Source: Candidatus Bathyarchaeia archaeon (GTDB taxonomy: Archaea > Thermoproteota > Bathyarchaeia > Bathyarchaeales > Bathycorpusculaceae). Taken from it: 64,000 nt of DNA. Of this stretch, positions 57,750-64,000 are shown piece by piece. Location of the stretch: the NCBI GenBank assembly GCA_049521795.1, contig JBEKOM010000001.1, positions 288,001-352,000 on the forward strand, read 5' to 3'. Numbering within the stretch: the stretch's first letter is position 1; each line of letters opens with the position of its first letter. The notes under the pieces are model-generated. The model did not search any database. It saw only the letters and a list, made by a program, of their open reading frames with translations, and was not told the DNA's origin. Position numbers and translations under genes: made by a program.

Positions 57750-59204
57750 TTACTCGACGTGTACTCTGAAGAGGTCTATGTCTTCTCTCATTTCAGGCGT
57801 TGCTTCGAGGAAGTCTCTCACCGCGTGTTCAACGTCCCTTGATTGTGTCACGTATCTTCCGACGATGATTATGTCAGCGCCTTTTTGCAGGGCTTCTCTT
57901 CCAGTCTCTGGCACTATTCCGCCTGCCACAGCGATCAGAAACTTCTTGTCCTTGAAGGTCTGCCTAATTTCCGGGATGATCTCCAACCCGTGTGTTCTTC
58001 CTGTTTCTTGGTCTATTCCCCTGTGGAGGATGATGATGTCGGGGAACTCTTTGATCGACCTAAGCTTCTTGAGTGCGTCTTCAACGTTCATCATGTCGAC
58101 GACGGCGTATATTGCGAGTCTCTTTGCTTCGTGAATGAACGAGTCGAGTGTTTCAGGAGCTGCCAGTCCCGAGGCGACAACGGCGTCTGCCGTTTCGTCG
58201 TAGGCGAGGTCAACTTCGACTTTGCCGACGTCCAGGGTTTTGAGGTCGGCTACGAAGAAGATGTCCTTGGCCACTTCTCGCAGTTCGTTTATCACTTTTG
58301 TTCCGTATCTCTTGATCAGAGGTGTTCCAACTTCCAGGATTATTCTGTCGCTTCCCGGCAGCTGTGCTATCACTTTCTTTGCTCTTTCTACGTCTGGGTT
58401 GTCAAGCGAAATCTGCAGGTACGGCGGTCTCCACAGGCGGGGCACTTTGAACCCCATTATCGGGTGTCTGGCTCTGTCCTTGTCGTAGAGGATCTTCTCG
58501 AGCGATGGGTACTTTGCTAGGGCCCTTTTTAAAGCCAGCTTGGTGGCTCCGTAGTTGTAGTGATAGATCTTGCGGAAGTCGCTTGCTTGAGGATGCACGA
58601 ATACGCTGGCCACTATGACCCAGTCGTCGATCTTGTCTCTGGGGATTATTCCGTCTTCCACTGAGTCAGCAACAGCTTTTGCGACTGCAGCTTGGGCTGG
58701 TCCAAATATCTTGCCCACGTCTTGAATGTTTTTTATGGTTACTTTGGGCACGAGCAACGTGTGCGGTTTAGGCGGAAGGTTCGGTCTTATGACTGCCAAC
58801 AAGGGCGTGTGTCCCGCAGACAGGTTGCACATTCCTGCTGCAAAAGCAGCTCCGACCGGCCCGTTCTTGTCGCCTATGAGCAGGTCTATGTGTGCAACCT
58901 CGTTTCCCTCTCCGACAAGTGCCTCGCCAATCAAGTATGTGCATCCTGATTCTTCGACAGATTCCGACATTAGATTTGTCGGCAAGCTGTCCGTGATCTC
59001 TTTGAAATCAACATTGAATTCTTTGAGCCACGTGTAAAGCGTGTCCCTGTGAATGTCCAAGGCTTCAGCCGTTCCTAGGACTGTAGGCTTTGTCGGTTTG
59101 ATTCTCGTAACAGTACGGGTTTCGGTGGCTCTCTTGGCAGCTTCCGTCAGCATCTTAACGAGTTCTTCTCTTGTTTCAGGCTTTTTGATGTCGTGTTCCG
59201 ACAT
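57750..59204 (-). CDS. fae-hps: bifunctional formaldehyde-activating enzyme / 3-hexulose-6-phosphate synthase with extra N-terminal HTH
   Basis: Fae [19 protein letters not shown] and [14 protein letters not shown]; Hps [19 protein letters not shown] and VAGGI; ~85-aa N-extension with [18 protein letters not shown]. Confidence 0.93.
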   Translation of the reverse strand: MSEHDIKKPETREELVKMLTEAAKRATETRTVTRIKPTKPTVLGTAEALDIHRDTLYTWLKEFNVDFKEITDSLPTNLMSESVEESGCTYLIGEALVGEGNEVAHIDLLIGDKNGPVGAAFAAGMCNLSAGHTPLLAVIRPNLPPKPHTLLVPKVTIKNIQDVGKIFGPAQAAVAKAVADSVEDGIIPRDKIDDWVIVASVFVHPQASDFRKIYHYNYGATKLALKRALAKYPSLEKILYDKDRARHPIMGFKVPRLWRPPYLQISLDNPDVERAKKVIAQLPGSDRIILEVGTPLIKRYGTKVINELREVAKDIFFVADLKTLDVGKVEVDLAYDETADAVVASGLAAPETLDSFIHEAKRLAIYAVVDMMNVEDALKKLRSIKEFPDIIILHRGIDQETGRTHGLEIIPEIRQTFKDKKFLIAVAGGIVPETGREALQKGADIIIVGRYVTQSRDVEHAVRDFLEATPEMREDIDLFRVHVE

Positions 59205-59429
59205 TTCTGACTCACAACTGGTATCTAGCTGTGCATTAGGTATATAAGAGTGTCGGCCACATAGAAGTCAGAAGGACCAATAGCCCTGTGGCCGCCATAG
59301 AACTGTCGCTTTTAGGCTGCATATGAGGTATTCTTCAGGCGCCACCTGTGGTCTCTGGTCGCAAAGTGTCGGAGTTGGAGGGCCGAAGGCATTTCAAGGA
59401 TGGCTAGGTGTCGGGATGTCTGATGTCAG
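58964..59429. promoter_or_regulatory. TGTCGG/CCGACA site cluster around the fae-hps promoter
   Basis: Exact copies at 58964, 58977, 59091, 59198, 59251, 59367 and 59409; minus-strand TATA (CTTATATA) at 59241-59248. Confidence 0.65.
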
Positions 59430-59531
59430 ACTGCATGGTGTAATGGTTGATGATTCTGTTCTCAGAGCGGCAAAGTCTATATACTCTGAGACAGTGTAGA
59501 ACGGTAAAAACTGGCTTCGGGAGTTGCCTCG

Positions 59532-59711
59532 ATGTGGCGGAGAGACGTAGTGTTTCTGTTCCTAGTGATCTTAGGTGTGGTCTTGTTCTTGTATGGCGCT
59601 AACTATTATGGCGTCACAGTGGGTTGGACTGGCATCGGCCTGCTTGTTGCTGGGTTTTTTGGTTATTTGGCTCTGAAAGTGTATGAGGCCTCAGCGAAGA
59701 AGAAAGAATGA
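59532..59711 (+). CDS. 59-aa two-TM membrane protein
   Basis: Manual translation MWRRDVVFLFLVILGVVLFLYGANYYGVTVGWTGIGLLVAGFFGYLALKVYEASAKKKE*. Confidence 0.7.
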   Translation: MWRRDVVFLFLVILGVVLFLYGANYYGVTVGWTGIGLLVAGFFGYLALKVYEASAKKKE

Positions 59712-59724
59712 GTAAGATCCGCGG

Positions 59725-59823
59725 ACGCTACATCCTTGTATTCGAGTTTTCACCAAGGCTATTTCGACTACCCCTTCCCCCCTAGGGTGTTGCTACTGCA
59801 CGTGGGCGCTGGGGAAAGGCCCT
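59725..59823. repeat. ~95-bp dispersed repeat, family B copy 2
   Basis: ACGCTACATCCTTGTATTCGAGTTTT ... CCCCTAGGGTGTTGCTACTGCACGTGGGCGCTG ... GGCCCT; direct match to 27680-27770. Confidence 0.8.
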
Positions 59824-59848
59824 TTGACTTAGTTATCATCTATTCTTC

Positions 59849-60850
59849 CTAGGTTACTCTGAGCTGTTCCACTTCTTCTTTCTGTGGGACTTGAACACTC
59901 AGTGGTTTCTCGCAGCGCTGCTTGCCGAATTTCACTTGTACGTTGCCTTGTTTCTTGTCTGAGTGGTAAGCGGTCAGCTCCGCGGCTTTCTCGATGGCGA
60001 TTCTGGTTTTGGGTCCTTGGAGCAAGGCTATGGGGCTTCCGCAGTCTTGGGCTTCGAAGCAGTAGTCATTCGCATCCTTCATTCGGATCAGGAGCTTGTT
60101 TTCAGTTTCGTTTCTGCCAACTATGATTTTGTTCTTTTCAAACCTGAAGTGTCGTCCAGTTTTCAGCAGCTGCACGTCCTTCAAGGAGACTCTTCTTTTG
60201 TGCTCAAACAGGTCTTTCAGTTTGGCAGCAAATTCCTTGTACGTTAGTAGGCAGCCTCCGCTGGGGCACGAATAGCCAATTACGCTCATCTCTTCTGCAA
60301 GCTTGATCTGCTTCTTTCTTGAGCGGCCCTCGATGCCGAGCAGGGCTTCTCCGTTTACGAAGCCCTTCTCTTCGGCTTCACTCTTCGGCAGCAACCTTGC
60401 AGACAGGGGCCTGAGGACCTTTCCCTTCAAGCCTGCTTTTTCCTCTATTAGGCTTAGAGTTCTTCCATGCTGTGACATTGGTCTTTGACCTAAGACTTCG
60501 CCGGTGATGATGAACCGCGCGCCTGTTTCCTCTGCATACTTCTTGGCCTTCTTCAGCATGAAAATTCTGCAGTCAACGCAGGGGTTCATGTTCTTTCCGT
60601 AGCCAAACCGCGGTTTTCTGACGATCCTGAGGTATTCCTCGCCGACGCTGATCGTTCTCAACGGTATGCTAAGGCTCTTTGCCACTTCTAGGGCTCCGCA
60701 GCCGCCTTTTCCGCAGAGACAGAAGGGGCTCACAAAGTTAACTGCTTCAACATCTATGCCTTGATCCAGCATGAGCTTCACGGCCAGCGTGCTGTCTAAC
60801 CCGCCGGACAGAAGGGCTAGAGCCTTCGTCTTCTTGCCTCTCGAAGCCAT
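59849..60850 (-). CDS. PP-loop tRNA thiouridylase-like protein (ThiI/MnmA-like)
   Basis: LLSGGLDS PP-loop, NPCVDCRI, TGEVLGQRPMSQ and PSGGCLLT. Confidence 0.88.
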   Translation of the reverse strand: MASRGKKTKALALLSGGLDSTLAVKLMLDQGIDVEAVNFVSPFCLCGKGGCGALEVAKSLSIPLRTISVGEEYLRIVRKPRFGYGKNMNPCVDCRIFMLKKAKKYAEETGARFIITGEVLGQRPMSQHGRTLSLIEEKAGLKGKVLRPLSARLLPKSEAEEKGFVNGEALLGIEGRSRKKQIKLAEEMSVIGYSCPSGGCLLTYKEFAAKLKDLFEHKRRVSLKDVQLLKTGRHFRFEKNKIIVGRNETENKLLIRMKDANDYCFEAQDCGSPIALLQGPKTRIAIEKAAELTAYHSDKKQGNVQVKFGKQRCEKPLSVQVPQKEEVEQLRVT

Positions 60851-60976
60851 AGTTTTCACAGCGTTAACACACGCCTTTAACATTCTGACGTATTAATGGG
60901 TTACTCAGAAGCTTCGCACACTAGAAAAAGAGGGTTTGTCAAGGGGTTTATTTTGCCCTTGATCATCCTTCTGGAA

Positions 60977-61396
60977 CTAGACAAAGAGAGTTACGTCTGC
61001 ACCTGCTGCTATGTTGAGGAATGTTGCTGCGCCGACTAGTTCATCCACTTCAGGAATCAGGGCTTCTTTTTTTATGCTGAACATTTCCATGCTCGGAGTG
61101 CAGGCGTATATCTTGAGGAGCCCCGAAGTCTTCATTCTCTTGAGCATTTCGTAAGGCGTGGGATAATTCATCTGTTTCAACCTTTCTCTCATCGGTTTTT
61201 CCATCTGCTTGTAATCGCTTGGCAAGCTTGCTTTTTCCATTGCTCCTTTGACGAGTGCTTGGAGACCCCAGAAAGTGAAGTAGAGGTGCGCTTCCCACCC
61301 CATCGACGTTGCGGTTGACCCCAATATGAACGCACAGTAGAGTTTGTCCAACGTTCCGCTCTCAACTATCAACGCTAGTTTCTTTTTTTCAGGCAT
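60977..61396 (-). CDS. DsrE/DrsH-like (DsrE2) sulfur-carrier/peroxiredoxin family protein
   Basis: SGTLDK, YFTFWGL, IYACTPSM, VGAATFL and TLFV. Confidence 0.88.
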   Translation of the reverse strand: MPEKKKLALIVESGTLDKLYCAFILGSTATSMGWEAHLYFTFWGLQALVKGAMEKASLPSDYKQMEKPMRERLKQMNYPTPYEMLKRMKTSGLLKIYACTPSMEMFSIKKEALIPEVDELVGAATFLNIAAGADVTLFV

Positions 61397-61552
61397 AAGG
61401 TCACATTCCATTTTAGGTTAAAGCGGAATATGACATATGTAATATTTAATGCTTTCTGCACCCTCTGTTGAGTTGAAGCACTAGCGCGGGCTTCTCCAAC
61501 GGTACCAAGAGTTGAAAGATTGTCTGGGGATGCTTAGAAATGAGGGTTGAAT

Positions 61553-64000
61553 TCAAATGCCGTTTTCGTATTTCGCCAGGGCAGCTATTTCGACTGGCAC
61601 CACTTTTCTGTACACGGACTCGGGTTTTCGTACAACCCCATCAACGTTCAAGAGATCTTCGACTTGTATGCCGAACTGATTTTCGTTTTCCTTGAGCAAG
61701 GGCAATATTTTCCCCCAGTCTTCTTCAGAGATCGTGCAGATTCTGCCGCCGTTAAGCTGGTCTTCACCAACTGTCTCTCTGGGGTCTCTCAGGTACACAG
61801 CGCTTGCCGCGGCGAGAGGAAACAGGTTTCCGCCTTGGTAGGGGGTTTCCTGCTCTGCGATTTTTCCGTGGTCATCAAACGTCATTCCGTTTAGAATTGT
61901 GAACCCTCTCGCTGCCATGCAGGATTCGCCCATGTAATCTTTGCATGAACCGTTGATTACGGCGGTGGCGCTTCCGACAGCGTTGATCAGCGGTCTGTCG
62001 ATCAAATCCCCTAGAATGAACGTCACTCCGCCCTTGGCGCCGTATTCAAACGCTTTTCCAGCGTCCCCGAAGATTACCAGTTTTCCTGATTTGAAGCAGT
62101 AAGCCACAGAGTCCTGGGCGCTTTCGTGAACGTAAAACTCTGGGCCGTCTGCAAAAGCTGCAAGGCAGTCGCCGACTCTTCCGTACACGTCGATCCTAAC
62201 TTTGTCTCTTGCAACGAGACCAGCTCCGAAGTTTCTCTGCCCTCTGAAGTTGTAGGCGATGAAGTTTTTCCAGCCTAGTTCGTAGGCTCTTTCAAGAAAC
62301 TGGCATGTTCCCTTTTCTCCCTCGGGCTGAAATTCAGAAGCGTCTACAATGAGAGTTTGACCCAAACGTGCTGGGCTTCTCAGGTCTTTTCTCTCTTTAA
62401 AGTTGGTCAAACAGTAATTGCTGTTCACGTTGGACCCTGCAGAATGCGCTGAATCGAAAATGTTGAAGAGTTTCTCTTCTAGCAGAGAGACAATGTCACT
62501 TCTTCTCTTGCCGCCGGTATCATATCTTCTGTCTATCAGCAGCGTAAGCGTCTCTATGACGACTGATTTCTCTTCATCTCCTTTGTCAGCGTATTTCTTC
62601 ATGATTTCTGCAAACGAACACACCTCGTCGAAACTCCAGTCTCCGATGTTCTTTGCAGCGTATGCGAGCAGGTCGGCGGCAGTCGGCCTTCCCTTAAGTC
62701 TTTCATCAAAGCTGGAAGGTCGAGGTGGACCATGAATATTTATTCTCCTGGAATGTTGCTGGCTTCTTGTGACTGTGATTGGTTTCCCAAACTTGTCGGT
62801 GCAGATGAGGTTGTTTGATTTGTCGACGGTGAAAACAAAAGCGCCTCCGTCGGTGTAGCTGCCTCCTCTGGCATACCAGTATAAGTCGCACATTGGATAG
62901 AATCTCGAGTCTTCCTTCGACAGCTCTTGTACCATCGCGTCTATTGCCTGTTTCTCGGAGGCTATGAACCCCAGTTTGACTTCTCCTTCTTGGAGTGCGA
63001 AGACCTGTGGTCTCAGCATTGACGTGTCAGTTATGCCGATTAGCTGGAACTCATTTTTGTAGGGATTGTTTCTAGCGATGATGAAGAACCATGGTCCGTC
63101 TGGAGAACTCTGAATGTGCGTTGCTTGGACAGCCTTGTAGATTGTCTTCTTATCCTCTGGAAGCATGGCAAAGTCTCTTTCAGTCGTTGGTGCAATGGCT
63201 TCAATTGCGTATTCCAGGGGGTATCCATAGATCCTCGTCAAGAGGTCCCAGTACAGAGCAGCAACCTCCGTGTCCGTTAAGAATAGGGGGAAAATCTCTC
63301 TCTGCTTGAGGTATTCTGTTATTGAGTGATAATTTGCAAAATCGCCGTTGTGAACCAAAGCATCGTGCAAGCCTATGAATGGGTGGGAACCGCCGGGATG
63401 CCAGATTTTTCCCTTCGTCGGGTATCTTTGATGTCCAATCCAAATGTGTGCCTCAAACTCTTCAAGTTGATAGTACCGCAGAACCTGTTCAGCGTATCCT
63501 ACAATTTTGAAAACGACCATGTTTTTTCCATGAGAAAGAACGAAGGCTTCCTTTTCGCCCAGAGAAGCGTAATATTCTTTGTTGAGGGCAAAACTGTTTC
63601 TGTAGATGAACTCGTCCTCTGCTCTTCCAGATTCGAACCCTTCTAACTCATTCTTCTCGATGAATTGTCTTAGTTTGTTTTCTTTTGCTCTTACGAAATA
63701 TCTCCAAACCTCTGGAGGTCTTACTTCTAGACCTATGCTTGTGTGGTTCTCGATCACGGGGATTTTCTCTACGTGCTCAACGTTGAGGTTGGAGTTTATG
63801 AATTGAGATTCAACTTCCCCTCTTGATTTTGGGTCAATGTAGGCTATTTGCAATATGTAATCTTCTTCCAGGACCCTCTGCGAAACGCCTAGTTGTTTCG
63901 CAGAAAGACCGACCGCCGCTATGCCGCCGCCCTTACCGTTTCCCCTGTTGTGCATCTGAATAAGTGGCCTCAGTAAGTGTCTTCCTTTTATCGGGACGGA
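61553..64000 (-). CDS. glutamate synthase-related protein (GATase-II + GXGXG domains), 5'-truncated by the window edge
   Basis: HNRGNGKGGG, GHQRYPT, HNGDFANY, TDTEV, DGPW and a C-terminal GXGXG beta-helix; frame stays open to 64000. Confidence 0.88.
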   Translation of the reverse strand, partial: SVPIKGRHLLRPLIQMHNRGNGKGGGIAAVGLSAKQLGVSQRVLEEDYILQIAYIDPKSRGEVESQFINSNLNVEHVEKIPVIENHTSIGLEVRPPEVWRYFVRAKENKLRQFIEKNELEGFESGRAEDEFIYRNSFALNKEYYASLGEKEAFVLSHGKNMVVFKIVGYAEQVLRYYQLEEFEAHIWIGHQRYPTKGKIWHPGGSHPFIGLHDALVHNGDFANYHSITEYLKQREIFPLFLTDTEVAALYWDLLTRIYGYPLEYAIEAIAPTTERDFAMLPEDKKTIYKAVQATHIQSSPDGPWFFIIARNNPYKNEFQLIGITDTSMLRPQVFALQEGEVKLGFIASEKQAIDAMVQELSKEDSRFYPMCDLYWYARGGSYTDGGAFVFTVDKSNNLICTDKFGKPITVTRSQQHSRRINIHGPPRPSSFDERLKGRPTAADLLAYAAKNIGDWSFDEVCSFAEIMKKYADKGDEEKSVVIETLTLLIDRRYDTGGKRRSDIVSLLEEKLFNIFDSAHSAGSNVNSNYCLTNFKERKDLRSPARLGQTLIVDASEFQPEGEKGTCQFLERAYELGWKNFIAYNFRGQRNFGAGLVARDKVRIDVYGRVGDCLAAFADGPEFYVHESAQDSVAYCFKSGKLVIFGDAGKAFEYGAKGGVTFILGDLIDRPLINAVGSATAVINGSCKDYMGESCMAARGFTILNGMTFDDHGKIAEQETPYQGGNLFPLAAASAVYLRDPRETVGEDQLNGGRICTISEEDWGKILPLLKENENQFGIQVEDLLNVDGVVRKPESVYRKVVPVEIAALAKYENGI

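Overview
Archaeal chromosomal segment. The gene set (PolD, Elf1, Nob1, aIF5A, S27ae/S24e/S6e, GGGP synthase, Fae-Hps, no histone or crenarchaeal PolB2 visible) is most consistent with Bathyarchaeia; this is an inference. The window spans a replication origin (ORB boxes plus an AT-rich DUE at about 24.0-24.6 kb) next to cdc6, with PolD DP2 and DP1 on either side. It also holds a 2-oxoacid:ferredoxin oxidoreductase operon, nadE with a nitrilase gene, an intron-containing tRNA-Ser(CGA) followed by an accessory, partly decayed region (32-47 kb), and ribosomal protein/RNAP/aIF2g clusters. The most notable items are: (1) three HTH genes directly left of oriC, one encoding a membrane-anchored coiled-coil wHTH protein, interleaved with dense TCAC/GTGA heptad-like repeat clusters, a candidate origin-tethering/segregation system; (2) an HTH-Fae-Hps fusion whose own promoter and 5' end carry 7 exact TGTCGG/CCGACA sites; (3) two dispersed non-coding repeat families, one with terminal inverted repeats and internal 13-bp tandem units; (4) an obligatory CTG start codon for rpoE1. 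No CRISPR array, rRNA, integrase or transposase was seen.
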